Origin: Tubulanus polymorphus
Lineage: Eukaryota > Animalia > Nemertea
NCBI RefSeq assembly: GCF_964204645.1
Contig: NC_134030.1
Span: 13,306,957-13,370,956, forward strand
Direction: 5' to 3'
DNA length: 64,000 nt
Position numbers and translations under genes: made by a program. Below, piece by piece: positions 37,901-52,644 of this stretch. Under the pieces are notes generated by a model. It did not search any database. It saw nothing but the letters and a program-made list of their open reading frames with translations, and was not told where the DNA came from. Position 1 is the stretch's first letter, and every line of letters begins with the position of its first letter.

Positions 37901-38866
37901 TATCTTTATATTATTATCTCTTTCTATTTTTGGAATATTTTAAATTCTAACTGGGTTATTATCTATCTTTTAATTATTTTCAAATGGTTTATAATTTGTT
38001 AATCTAAAACTATGTGTAATATCTTCTGTTGGATGTAAGCAACTAATTATTGTCCATAGAAAACATTTATCATCAAAATTTTGTACATTTATTACAGCAT
38101 TAGTTTTAAATGGTAATTTGATATAACTTGATCCATTTATACTATCATCTTTATAATATGATAAATTATTTTCATCAATTGGTTTTGATTTAGTCAACTT
38201 ATTATATTTTGTGTTATAAACATGTAAAGTCATAAATATTATTTCATCAAATATTAAACCAGATTCTTCAAAATATTTCTCTTCAATTTTAGTTTTTACA
38301 TCATTATAACATTTATCTAATTTATCATCTATATGTTGTTTTGAAATAATATGTTGTGAATGAGAATTTATATTATATATTGGTTTATCTTCAGATTTTA
38401 TAAATTTAACTTTAGAAGATATACTAATTTTAGGGTGTTCAACATCTGTGATTATTTTTATAATATTTTTCATATTTTCTAAATGTTTTTTATTTTCTTC
38501 TAATGTTTTTCCTATATGAAATTTCAACTCGATAACAGCTATTCTTTTAATTGTCTTCTGTTTCTTATCATTATCTTTATCAAAATAATCCTCACCTAAA
38601 ATATCATTATTCTTATTTCTAATATGATTTTTAGATTTTAAATGTTCTTTATAATATCTTTTATCACTGAATGATTGATTACACGTATTACATTTATATA
38701 TTTCTTTTTCATTCTTTAATTCATCTAATTTAGTTTATAATATATCATCTTTATATTTTAACTTTAATTTATTCTCTAAATGTGTTTTAGTTTTATTGTG
38801 TCTTGCTTTTTGAGATTTATCTATATTGATTTTACATGTTGAACAGTAGTACTTATTTGCTTCCAT
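34931..38866 (-). pseudogene. Protein-primed family-B DNA polymerase with N-terminal zinc fingers and an endonuclease-VII-like insert, fragmented
   Basis: YGDFES (Exo I), FHSLSGYD (Exo II), YLKSDV (Exo III), YIDANNLYGWAM (motif A), KLMNNAFYGK (motif B), YFDTDS (motif C), RDHDHLNGKFRGAAHENCN. Confidence 0.96.
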
Positions 38867-38908
38867 TTTAATACTAAATTTTTTTATTAAAATTGATTTT
38901 AAAAGTTA

Positions 38909-38960
<52 letters not shown>

Positions 38961-39123
38961 TATTTTAAGAGTAATAGGGGAAATGGGCTTTTTCATATCA
39001 AAGGTTAAAAGGGCGGGCGAGTAAAAAATGAAAAATAAATTCGAGCGTGCGAGAATTTATTTATCATTTTTTATGAGCTCGACCTTTCGACCTTTGGTAT
39101 GAAAGCCCATTTTCCCTATTACT
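38864..39123 (-). repeat. Right TIR of Polinton copy 1, including (TA)n and a 154-bp terminal hairpin (38970-39123)
   Basis: Read outside-in it aligns with 54521-54745 up to ATGGA; arms are self-complementary around loop TCGCACGCTC. Confidence 0.9.
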
Positions 39124-41025
39124 AACCAAATTTTACATTGGTAGTTCACTCTGATATAATGATAATCCAATGCGTCTCTGGTTGGTGGTAGCGAGCAAAG
39201 GTTTTTGGCCTTATTTTCATATAATGAAACACGAGCTTCCTCTACAGCTGAAAATTGTGTGTCATACATTTTACAGACAAACTCTTCAACTTTTTCAAAA
39301 CTTCTGGATGCTTAACGTAAATATCCCAAGCAGTTTTTTTGCCAATGCCCCGAGAAAGAACTAGTTGTGTCACATCCAGTTATCGCATGCCATCCTAAAA
39401 TATTGTTTAAAACGTTTTCCCTTAGACTGTCCCTGATTTTACTGATGTCGTACACCTTTTTACCACTAATCATCAAAACAGTAGCATCGATGTCTGCTGT
39501 GAAACAAACAGCAGCAGCAGCACGTCTGTGTCGTCAGCAACAATGACTACTCGAGTTGCACCTGAAAAGTTAACAAAAATTGTAATTAGATTACAATAAT
39601 AAAGTGTTTTGCCAATACTTTTGTGGATTTTGAAACAGCAAAATGGATTATAATGCTTACCTGTATCTACTGCATGCTGCATGTGATAAATTATGCGGGT
39701 GTCAGCCTCCTCGTGATGGCATTCCAGATGCGGCAAAACCCCAGATGTAGTTGAAGTAGGAACAGTCCCACCACCACTGACTAATATCTCTATACCACTG
39801 TGTACTTTCACCACAAAGTTGCTGAGAAATGTTACGAGGTCTGATTTGTTTTCTTCTAGTGTGATGAATGCTTTCCAGTCCTGAAATTACATTTGAATTA
39901 TCATAATCTATCATGTTATTAATAACTGCCAATGGTCAAACTGATGTTTAAACATATTATTCCGTTTTTATAATAAGAATTTCTGAAAAATAACTTAACA
40001 AACCTTTGGGAAAGGCGTGTCGTGGTTGATTAGTTTCCTCACTCCAGGTGTTTTCGATCTTTTTGGCGAGTTTGAAGTTTAATTGAATTACTTCCATTGT
40101 AACAGTCAAAGACAACGTCTATTCTGGATGTGTCATCAAGTTTCTTGGAACATGCCCGAAATATTGATATAACAACCAAGAATCAATATCATAATAAAAT
40201 AACAATACAAATCCAAAATTAAAGGTTATAAGAAATTGGAAATTGAATCTGTGGGTAATTTATCATTATTACCTTCTCAAAGAATATTCTTCCATAGTCA
40301 TTGTTACCAATTGTATTTGATTGTTTTAATTTCGTAAATTAAGTAATTTTGTCTTAAATTGTTTCCCGTATGGTGCTGCCACCTTCTGGGATTACTTTCC
40401 TTCCCAGGCATGCGAGGGAGAGAATTCAAGCTCAGTGATTGGCTGAGACTTCTTTGTTGTTGTTGTTCATCCAAAATGGTGGGGAAATCATAAGATGGGT
40501 CAGGCATTTTGTATGTAATAAATCTAATTTTGTAGCCTATCGAGATGGCTCGAGTGTGCCTTGATAATGTATTTAAGTTAAACTATGTATAGATCAGGCA
40601 CAGCAGCATTGAGTTGGTGAAATTGTATACACACGACCGAAGTTTTATGGACTTTGAATTATAGGCAGATGTTGTCCTTGTCTGACCTTGAATACGATTC
40701 TGTTACTGATATGAAACTGTCACCGTGATTGATAATGTTCGCTTGAATCTGCGACATTTTCCAGCACCATACCTGAAGAGGATCCACCTATTGTATTGTA
40801 TATATTAAACAGTTGAAAATGACCCATAATTGCAACCGTTAGCAGTTAATGTTTGTCATTGACTCGATCTTGTTGTAGTAAGGTTTTTGTAGTTAATCGA
40901 CCTTACAATAACTGACTTGTTATATTTGGACGAAGATGTATGTGCGGTAGCGTGTCCCGACGTATCGCCGCCGAGGAAAAGGTGTTAATGCTGTCGACGA
41001 ATCGCGATAAACTGTATATACTGTT

Positions 41026-41097
41026 TTCCGAATCCTGTCGAGCGTTATTCCGAATCCTGTCGAGCGTTATTCCGTATCCTGTCGAGCGTTATTCCGT
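41026..41097. repeat. 22-bp tandem repeat x3 inside an unclassified ~1.2-kb insertion (~40170-41413) in Academ
   Basis: TTCCGAATCCTGTCGAGCGTTA repeated. Confidence 0.85.
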
Positions 41098-44000
41098 TAA
41101 TTGTCGTCGTTAGAATTCATCGCCCTAGATGTTATGTAAGCTAATGGCAATGCGTGCGAATTGCGAATAGTTGCGAATAATTGCGACTGCAGACGTGCAG
41201 TGAAGTTACTCTACTGTGCCTATTAATTTTTGCATAGTATTAAATTTATGTTTGGCATATAATTGTAATTCCATCAGTGAGCTAACTGTTGTTTTCCTTT
41301 GAGTAACATCAATAAAGTTATTTAGTTTTATATTTTTAATCCAAATTGTTTTGTTTCCTTCATAAGGACAGGTTAGACGGGTTTTTCCTACAATTGGCCC
41401 TTAACGAATTGTTTCAGTCATTGAAGGATTTGCATGATGAATTTGCTGGACTCCCAAGTTTTTGTATAAGTGCAAAACCGTCTACAATGATGATCGATTT
41501 CTCTGATTTTGTACTCTCCAGTTTACTTCTATCAGATACATCAATACCAGCATTTTTACCAAGAATTTCGAGAATTTTGCTTTTGGCTGTTTGACGCATC
41601 TCTCCTTTTGTAGTCACTATGGCTTGTGGGTATTCTGCCAACGCATGATTTGATATAAAATTCATGTCTATATCACGTCCAGCCTGCGTAGCCACTAGAA
41701 CCTTTTGGAAGAATTTAGCAGTGCTGTCATTAGCGGCTGGTTTTACTTTCTTTGACTGAACGACTTCATCTTTGTAAACATCGGGAAACCTCTTTGCTTT
41801 CTCTTTGGTGATCGGATCAAAGAACTGTTGGATTTGTCCAGAAATCTACTTTGGATTATACCGTCCAACTTATTTTCGCCTTTCTGGTGAGCATTAACCA
41901 AGTCATTCGTAATTGGACTTGTCGCTACATCATTGCTTATCACAGATCGAATTAATCCACCAGGAGCACTTTGAAAAACCTGAAAATAACAAAATGGATT
42001 TTTTTATCAATATAATTTCAGAAAACCTTTAGGAATGATCAATTAAAATAATGATGACATTTTTGATATATTAATGACTTACATTGTGATTTATCAGAAG
42101 TGTAGTCAGATTTTGAATTTCTGTAACATCAGTATTAATTCTGCTGGGAAGCATGTCTTTTCGTCCTGATATGACAGGACCTTCAACTTCAGTATCTTCG
42201 ATGCCCAGTAGAACTATGGTCTGCTGCATGGCATTAGCAGCTGCTGCCCATGTTATACAGAATCTGTTTCTGGTTTTCTCGTCAAGGGAAATACCAATGA
42301 TACCATTAGCCATCTTACACGTTCTATTGATCCATTCCGTTGCCTGGTCAAAACTGACTTGATTAAACTTGTTGCTCGTTCTTGCAACAAAGTTACCCCT
42401 GATAAATTCCCTGTAATTCAAATGGATAACATGGTAAGCTTTTATGATAATCATGACACTGTCTGTTACATATTAGCAGATATTCACAAATAAAAATAAA
42501 CCCGTGTCAAATCATTTTGCATTAGTACAGTACGGTAATTTCGATTTACCAGCCAAATAGAGCTGAATATTGATGAACTTTCTAAATTACAAAAATATTT
42601 TTTTCAAACGGCATTGTACCTCAAGATATCAGGTGCAGTGTTCTCCAAGTCAGTCATCTGTACCAGGTACACTGGTCCCCAACGACTATAGTGGACATGG
42701 TCGTACCTAACCATCAATGGTAGCATTTTAGCAAAACTTTCTAAATGAAGTGACCAGTTCCCGTCTCTCGTCGCTCCGATGAAATCAAGCATCACTCCAA
42801 CCATATTTATATAATCAAGCCATAACTTGTAATTATTTGAGTGTTCACTTTGGACATCATCGAATATTTGCAGTAGATGGCTGAACTTTGCATCCCTCAA
42901 TCGATCTGCGAGTAACTTCATTTTGTCTAAAAGATGAATAGCGTAGTGGAATTGAGCTGAAAATATCAGAATAAAATAAATTCCCAATTAAATATACACT
43001 GCTCAATGCCGACCAGTGATATATTGCCAAGTCTTAACATTGGAGCTATTCAAGCCTGGGTAATTAGCTTAGACTATAATTAGTAATATGTTTGAATTTG
43101 CTTGCTCACTGTGGAATAACAAAAATTGAATAATAAAATATAAGATGATAAGGTCTTCATACTAAATTACACTTACATACGGTGAGTCTTCAATCTTGAT
43201 AGATTCAATGAGACCTTGAACAGCACATATTATATTGCATTGGTTTGCTTTGTCTTTAATCCAGGTAACGAACGTTTCCAACCTAATTTTATTCACAGCT
43301 TCAAAGACAAGTTGATGGCCTCTCACTGCTCTATAATATGCCTTCCCCTCTAACATTGCAGTGACACTGTGACTGGCAAATAATCCGGACTTTGTCCATA
43401 AGTCTTCTAGTCCTGCCCCTGCCATGTGTTGTCCTATGACCTTAAGAAAGTTAAAGAGTATATGAAGGTGACCAAGCATCAAAATTACGTGTTTGTACTG
43501 TGGGTTTTCTGACACAATTTCCTGGGCCAGACTGTAGAGTGGTTGATCGGCACACATAACAGTGTATTTCTGATTTAGTTGTTTCGAGCACTCCATAAAC
43601 CTGTTTAGTACTTTTATCAATGTATCTCTGTTTTGAGACTGCGCATTTAGAATAGGTAGGATACCAACATTAGTTTTTTCTTGCAGTACCGGTTGTTGAT
43701 CACAGATTTCAAAGAATGGGGCCCACATCGGCACAACATTTTGATCATCCAATATCCTACTCATCAACCATATGTCGGTCGCTTGGCGAAATTTATTGCA
43801 TACATCTGATGTTTGGAGCATTTTACTGAGTACATTAGCATTAACTGTAGGGCTGGACCTCTCAGCTGAAAAAAACACCATTCACGATTTTACCTATGAA
43901 CTGAAAGCAACAGTTTTTAAAATCAATACCCATTTATGTTTCCCTATCAGGGCTACCACCATCATCTAATAATAAAATGCTGAGGGGCAACTTAGTTTAG

Positions 44001-45730
44001 TCAACATTCTAATAATGTAATTTTTAAGAAAGAAATATACTAATAATGCCATTCTACAGAAGAGGACTAAGAGAAAAGCTTAGTACCTCAGAGAAAAGGT
44101 ATTTCTAAAAGAACTGGTACAACCCCAGTGTACCGAAAAATTACTGTCGTGGCATGCTTACTTGGCTGACTTGAATTCTTTATCATGTTGTACTCTTCTA
44201 ACGTTTCATTTCCGGCTCCACTTCGCACCAACTTCTTTCTTGGTATCAAAGAACTGTCAACGTTTGTGCCCCTTTGCCATAGAAGCATTTGTGTTGCATG
44301 AAGGGTGTCTTTCCCATCAGGTGTACACTCATTAAGGTCAATGTTGTCACATGAAGCTATAACCAGCCTCCCTGGTTCATAATGTTTTATATTTGGTGGT
44401 ATATATACACAATTGCCCGATATATTTTCTGTGATATTTTCTTTTCCAGAGTATAATGGATGCGACGTATTGTGTTAATTCCTATACAATGCCCAGCTGC
44501 ATGGAATATGTCGACGAGAGCTTCCGATCTGGTTGCGTGATGTAACGATAGCCCTAAACCTACATGTTTCGGGGTCAGTACATTCCCATTGGAGGCCGCA
44601 TATACGAGATCCTGACCTATGCTACTTCTATTTTGCTTAGTCCTCTCTGTGTCATGTTCATTTTCTGGCTCTCCTTGGATAATGATCGACAATAATAAGT
44701 TCAGTGATTCAGGAATTATTTCACTAATTGCATCACAAGTTATGTCAATGTATTCTGTTGAATGCTTCGAAACAGAACTCAAAATATCATTCCTAATTTT
44801 CAGTGTTGCTTGAATCAAAGCGTGTCTATCATCCTCCATGTAACGTACTCCAATTTTGTCACCTGAACCATCATTTTTTATTGTATTCAAGACTAGGAAG
44901 AGTGGCGATCCATGTTCATTTGAATCCCTAAAAAGTTAGAACATAGGTGACGGAGACACCACGCTCTATTGCAGTTTTGCAGTTCACATTTCTCAATAAA
45001 CAGAGGGAAAGAAAGAAATATGACAACAATATCCCCAATATCAACATGCATACTGGCGAGTGCACTTTCCACTGCCAAACTATCAAGCGACCGACTTGTA
45101 AAATCGAACCTAACAAGATGCCAAGGCATCTAAGCCCGCTTGCCTGTGTGCTTAGTGAAGTCAATTAATCACAATAATATACACCCCAGTTTAATAATCT
45201 TAGATGATACAGCCTATAGTGTTTCAAAGTGGAAAAATTCTAAATGGACAATAGACCACCACTAAGACCCGGGGGTACAGCATTTAAGCCCGTATGGCCT
45301 TTGGCCAAGCAGGCTAAAATACATAAGCTATGCTAATTTTTTACTTCAAAATTCCCAAATGGAGCCGTCTATAAAATACATCCATGCTGTAGGGGAAGGG
45401 GTTTGATTTTTTGTGGATAAAAGAATATAAGTAAAATAGCTCAACATTATTCAATAATCAAATCTCTCAATTATCCAAATGCCAATGCGGGTCACTGTCC
45501 AGTGAACAAGGGGAAGGGGGTTTAGATTATGTACATTTTATTTGGACATAGGGGAGGGGCGTCTAATTTTCCATATTTTGTGTGGACGTCTACAAACAAT
45601 TATTTCTCTCGAATGATAAAAAGTTTAAAAACATATCCCGCATGGCTGCGCATTCATTATCCAAATGCACATTGTAGGTCAATTGCCTCTATGCAGGATG
45701 ACTGATCAACACTGATTTTGGGGCCATTAA

Positions 45731-46017
45731 AGGGGGTGTCCCAAGAACCAGGGTAGAATTTGGTCATATATCATGGATTTGTATTTTCTTGGTTTTAAAT
45801 GAGTTTCAGCTGTCTAGAGATAATCTAAGTATCTCAATTAAGCGGGAATCCCCACGGATTTGGCGAGTCGCCTAAAACTTGTTTATTAGTTAAGGGAACT
45901 GCAGGTGTCTGACAATTTCAGAATCCACTCTATATTCAATAAGCTTTATTTCAAACGCAAAGAAAATTCAAAACCTGTGACATAAAAATTTTCGACCCAG
46001 TTGCTGGGACCTCCCCT
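45731..46017. mobile_element. Kolobok-like MITE with TTAA TSD
   Basis: TTAA-AGGGGGTGTCCCA ... TGGGACCTCCCCT-TTAA. Confidence 0.7.
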
Positions 46018-49000
46018 TTAAATAGAAAACATTCCATCCTTACATTATAAATGTACTTCAGAAGGTTTAATAATTACCATAATATGTCCTTTTTTTCCGT
46101 ATGCAACATTTCCAGTCAAAATATATTCTGTGTTTTTATGTTACGCACTGTACGCTAAATAGTTTGGTTAAACGGTAATGCATTCACACACATCATGCAG
46201 TGAGGAAATAATTCAACTCTCATCAACCGTGGTATTACATACATAATGAATAAACTTATTTCGTGGGGCTATGTTGAGGAGAGGGTCGAAAATCTGGGTT
46301 TTACTGGGTCTTGCCCATGAGAGAAAGACGTAGATTTCTCTTTCTCCGAATGGAAGAAGCTTGATCAGTTTATGGGCTCGATTCATTGTGTTCCGTCAGC
46401 ATGTTCTCCGAGTTGTTGACTTGAAGCCTGGCCTGAAATAAGTATAATGTGGATGGGAGGGTTTACTTGTTGAATTGGGTTAAAATAGTGTATGTAGAAG
46501 TCTTCTGAAATAAGTCGATGCTACTTTTGAAGAAGTCCTGAAATAAAGTGTTTTCTTAGTGGCCTACCTCACATAGTGAATATCTTCTAAGTTTTCTAAT
46601 TTCTTTCTTATTGTTTCGTAAAATGTGGATTTTCTGGACATGTAGGAACTTCTAGGTGACTTGCCCATTGCCGTACATTTCTCGATTTACATGTCATACA
46701 CCGCCGTAAAGCCAATCTATCTCCATTCTTCAGGAAATTATAACATCATTCAATAAATCATCAATTATAGTAGGTTCATCGTCGAGATTTTCTTTATTCT
46801 GTTTTTCTTTATCTATTGCAGCTTAACATTTCAGATGGTACTTCATTTTCCCCTTCATAAATTCATTGGCTATTCTAATGGAAATTGTCGAATCGGGTTT
46901 ACTGGCTGCCATCTCTTTGATTTTCTGTTCAACATTTTGTCCATTGATGACATGTAACTTCTTCCCATCACTTTCTTCTTTACCGCACAGAACACTAGCA
47001 GAATCGAATGAGAAAGGTGCTATCTTCGGGCGTAAAACAGGTTTTTCTTCGCCATCTGAATATATTAGCTTTGACCTCAAACGTTGTATCTTGGACTCTG
47101 ATGTAAATGTTGCATAACAGTTCCTGTGCCAGAATGCCTTAATTTCACCTATTCCATCTATTGCGTCAATAATCTCAGCATTCTCTTTGTCTCTCAATTT
47201 ACTTCTTTCATTTGCTATTTCTCTTAATCTTTTCCATCCGCCATCACCTGTTTTTAAATCACCACCTCCTATTCCACAAATAATGCATTCTTCTTCATAA
47301 TTCCTTTTCCTCTTAAGACCATTCATTTTCTTCTACTATCAATCTTGACTTCAAGAACATGTTCAAGAAAAAGCCAGGAAACAGATTATATTATTGGAAA
47401 TCACTTAGCAACCTGAATGTGGATGGGGAATTTGAGGAGTTCTTAATTTTTGCTCTTAGGGGATATCCCTTTTGAAACAGGTTAGTTTGTAAAAAAGGTT
47501 GCCACTGGCGTAATTAAAAATTGGCTTGAAATTTTATTATCTGTAACTATGGCAACATCTTACTTTTTCAAATAAAATTGCAATGGAAAATAATTAGATT
47601 ATGATAAATGGTATATCCATATTCAAAGTGTGATGTAGTGCACAGTGATTTTGCCTTAATTTTTGTAGTTGCACATTTTCAAAAATAAACCTATTTTACA
47701 CATGAAAAACTAAACCTATTTTACACATGGAATTTTAGATTACATACTAGTCATATTCTACATAAACTTAATTTTTAAATGGATTTATCTCATCGGAAAT
47801 GGATTCCTGGTCTATTGAAACCTAGGAAATGACACCAATATCAGCTTTTTATCAGTACTAGAACCAGAGTTATGGCAAATTTCGAAATATCCGCATTACA
47901 GTAATAACGGGAGCATGTTGCTATGGAAACACAACAATGACAATTTAATTTGATTATCAGGGGATTCTAAAATCCATAGCAACCATAATTTATTGTAGAC
48001 ATGTTGTTTACTTACCTTTACAGTAAGATAACGTAAATGCAAAGATTATCAGATAAATTCATAGATATTGGGTACTGTTTTCCTATAACCATAGCAACGG
48101 CGTGGCAACAATGAATTGGCCGATGATTGAGGAAAGAAAACTACCAATGGTCAAGTATTATCAGTAAGAATTGTTAAAAAAAATATAATGTCAAAGTATT
48201 ACTTTTAGAACTTAAAAGTTTTTTTTCAGTATATTTTCAAGTAAATGATGGCACCAGATTTATGTTGCTAGGCAACACACAACAATGAAAAAAAGTGATT
48301 GTATTGACATTCATATTTGTGCATGACTATGGTATGTCATCACTAGTACATGTTTCAGCACCATTCACTTGACCTCCAGGTAATAAAATGAATTCACTTT
48401 TGCGTTATTTTTTGTTAAATTTAGCTTAAATTTTGGATAAACAAAGGGTACAGACTTTAGCGCCCCCTAGTGGCAAAAAATGAAGTTGCCAGAGTGGCAA
48501 CAACCTGATTCTGGATGCTGACATTATGGTCTATCCATCGATGTATGTTGCCAAGCTCTACCCAAAAATGCCTAAAGATTGATTTCTAGACGTCCTAGGA
48601 CCTGTTGGATGGCGGACTAATATGTTTCCTATGATACATATTTAAAGTAATTTAGTTCATAAATAGACTGTCCTCTGATTCACATGGGTAAAAAAACGTT
48701 TTACCAATATCCTTCAATAAAGCGTAAAATTGATATAAAAACGATGGTTTATTCATTCATTCACACTGCGTTTCATTGCTCATATTACGACTAGGTATTG
48801 AGGTATATGAACTTTTGAAACGCAATTACGTGTCATTCAATTTGTGTTTAAACGTTTTTTAACAAATCTTAAACCAGTATTATACTTAATAGAATGTTGC
48901 AGTAATATCACTTAACATTTAAATTAATAATTCGTAATTTTCATTATATCAATATATCATTGTAGTTCTCAAATTTCATTGGTTTGCAAGCACTTAATCA

Positions 49001-49659
49001 AACTAAACACCAGGACGGAGAAAAGATTCCTACATATGAAGCTTTGTGGATCCCGTTACCTGCAGTGCGTATTTGTGCTGAAAGTGCTTAACTATAATAA
49101 GAGCATACGCATGGCAGATTCTTCATGAAATCGCATGTATCCGTTGCCAGATTGAGGATAAATAGCCGGGTGTCCAATCAAAATACGTCTGCGTATACGG
49201 GATAACCTCTTCGAATCCGCAATGTATCCATTCATTGCGGTTATAATTAGTCAAAGAATATGTCATATATCCGATGCGGATAATTGTTTGAACTCGTCGA
49301 AATCGTCAAAGCCGGATTTCTCTAATCCGCCAAGCATACGTCAAGTGTCAGTTTCGTATCTGTCTAAGTACCAGCACCTGACAATCGACGTATGGTTGTG
49401 GATCTATCAATACATACGCGGATCCGTTTTCCCGGATTTCTCAATGTCAGTCACGGATTTGGGTCAGATATGAAATGTGTACGACCTTTATCCGTTAAAA
49501 ATACGTCATAGATACGAGGTCAGATATTGATACCTTCCATCATGTGATGTGAATGAAAAATCATGACTGGATATAACTTCTGACAATATATTTTCATTTT
49601 AATCTTTAAAAATTCCCAAATTATAAGAGCAGATGAATAATCCATCACATCCTCGGTTG

Positions 49660-50160
<501 letters not shown>

Positions 50161-51002
50161 TTAAGCCTAGTGCGCGCATAAAAAACAATATCATCACATC
50201 GTTAAATTTGAATTCGTAAGACAAAAAAAAATCAGAAGATAGCCTAGTTAAAAATATGTTGGCCTTCATATATGCCATACGCATCTCCAGAAAAGGTGGC
50301 TGCAGTGATAAACCTCCATTTGATCTGTGGAAATACATGTTTAAGCCTGTAATATTAGTTTTTCATGAATAAGGCAATTCATGGGTTATATGTCTCAAAA
50401 ATGTTTACTGCTTCAATATTTTACATAGTACATTCGATATATTGCACAGTCGTTTGTTAAAACAATCGGGCATACACACGTGCCATTGAGGTTTTATCAA
50501 TAAGGGATATCGAAAGAAAAAAAAACACAACATAATTTTAGGAACGGAAAGAGTGTTTTACCGCGTCCATACTACCACTAGTTAGGCCACACAAAGAAAT
50601 ACTGCCAGGAGAGTACCCTAGTTTCTCACGAAAGTCAAATGCCATACGAACCATACCATAAAAAATGAACCAGATAGAAATTACACATAAAATGTGCCCG
50701 CCCACAATCGGCAAAGCATCAATCATGCTCACCCGCATAACTGTAAGCTATTGCACAATCGCTTTTTTCTGTTGGCGTTTATGCCGTCCTTCACGAAACA
50801 CGCTCTTGGATTTTAACGGTGACAACAGCAATAACCAGGTCACCGAGTTTCACTTCATTTCGGGGACGTGGAAATAATATCAGTTTCGATTAAATGTGAC
50901 GATACAGCTTAATTTTGTTTTTGCATATGTTCTACTTGTCAGTATTAGTCAACGTGTAGCATTGGTAGAACCCCCCCCCCGCGTCTCTTCTATACGAGTC
51001 TT

Positions 51003-52300
51003 GTTAGGGTTTCTGCTGTTTTCGCAGAAACCCTCTTGTAATTCTGTTGATTATTAGGGTTTTCTGATTCATCACAGAAAAACCCTATTGATCTTCGCAT
51101 GTTTATTATCATTATTGACAATTGACGTCATAACTGCAAAGGCTTTCGTACCTTACCGCGGTTTCCGATACAATCCATTTTATTTCATTTTGCTCACTTC
51201 GATCGACAGATACTACATGGGAATTGTGATGAATCAACGTTACAAAAGCACTGTCGGACCATAAACATCGAAAATTGAGCCCCATTCAACGAGGCGACAT
51301 GTTTTTTAGAGGCGTCATCCCGAAATCATCCGCAGGCTTCACTTCGATTATCAATTCCAGTGTAAATAAACAAATTTATTGCCACAAGCCTTCACATTCA
51401 GTCGCGGTCTTGAAACTGTAATTTTAACAATTACCCATTTTCTTCATCGGTACACTTTACCGATTCATATGATATTTACTACTCTGAATATTATAAATAT
51501 TATAAGCACTATTGAGCCGTAAAGATCGATAATTAACGTGTGCCTTCACGTCGTCGTTCCGCGGATCGGCTGCGAGTTTTCCTCGCCATGAGAATCAAAT
51601 CAAGTACAAATAAATTTATTACTCCCATTGATTTGCCCGCGGGCTTCAAACAGTTAGTTTTACAATATTCTATTTTCCTTTACAAAATTTACCTGATATT
51701 TACTACGATAAATCATTTAAGTCCCGGCGAGTCGTAGGCCTAAACTTAACAGGCCGAATAGATTCAGCAGAGAAAAGCTGTAGCGTTGACGAGGTATCAA
51801 AAAAAATGAATTTACTACTACAGTGATTTGGCCCCGGGCTTCAGCCATGCATCTGTATTCTATTTTTCCTACAGTATATAACGAGCTTTTCCAAATCCAC
51901 GGGATATTTACTAAATACCTGTATATGACATATTATTATCCGTCAGAGAAAAGCTGTAGTGTCGACGAGGTATCAAAATAAAATAATTTATTACTTGATT
52001 CGGCCGCGAGCTTCATTCAATTTTTTCCTACAGTACATACCGATCTTTACCAAATCCACAAGATGTTTACTAAATACAAGTATATGACACACTCTCATCC
52101 GTAAGCTGGACTCACGCTTATATTCGAAGTAATTGTTCGCCGCGGGGGATAGGAGATCGTTTCTCGGGTCGCTTGAAATGTTCATTGAGTTGTACGTGAC
52201 CTTTAGGTCTACCGGTACTGAGCTTTACTGTCTGAAACAAACACATGTAATTGTTGTGATAATTAACGGACTCATGGATTGAACTCCAAACCAAAATTTG
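51003..52300 (+). mobile_element. Helentron-like non-autonomous element(s)
   Basis: Two tandem TTAGGGTTT...AAACCCT hairpins (51003-51115); internal ~175-bp repeats (CAGAGAAAAGCTGTAG...GACGAGGTATCAAAA at ~51768 and ~51944); right boundary uncertain. Confidence 0.5.
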
Positions 52301-52644
52301 CAAAAAAAAAATCCGGCAACATTGCTGCGATGTACAATTGATGCGATCCCTGTTGAATAAGGTGTAGGAATAAGATGGTTTAAAGGGTTTAAATTCATTA
52401 GGCCTAAGACCGATCCGTCCGGATGTTAGGCCTACGCATATACATAGGCCTACGTAGGCTAGTAGCTTCTACTAGGTTAAAGCTTAGTTCACTATAATGG
52501 AGGAATCAGATTTATTAAAATGAATGTATAAGTGATTAACTGGTTCTGACTTCCAATGATCAATCACAATTATTAACGATATTTTATTGGCAAAAATTAA
52601 GAATTAATTCCTAATGACTTAAGTTACTGCGGATCCCCAGAAAG

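Larger units (their letters stand above)
12940..39123. mobile_element. Polinton/Maverick (adintovirus-like) copy 1, degenerate, left end missing
   Basis: pPolB, rve integrase, packaging ATPase, MCP and mCP in one AT-rich, intron-less block; right terminus reads AGTA from outside in. Confidence 0.95.
39124..47326 (-). pseudogene. Academ transposase-XPG polyprotein, multi-exon, disrupted by secondary insertions
   Basis: CIICG..WHRNCY, TPKHVGLG, CDNID..DGKDTLHAT, ADQPLY, LGHLH, YYRAVRGH, DHVHYSRW, DQATEWIN, IVDG, HEEADTR, DDTDV, HAITGCD, LPPT...RVNYQCKIW. Confidence 0.88.
39124..48619 (-). mobile_element. Academ DNA transposon (transposase plus XPG/PIN nuclease), 3' end cut off by Polinton copy 1
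   Basis: Terminus TAGTCCGCCATCC (minus strand from 48619); characteristic coding fragments inside. Confidence 0.85.

Noticed and set aside
40560-40800. Possible hAT dimerisation-domain relic (DPLQVWCW)
   Set aside because: The downstream SERxFS motif was not found; evidence too weak.
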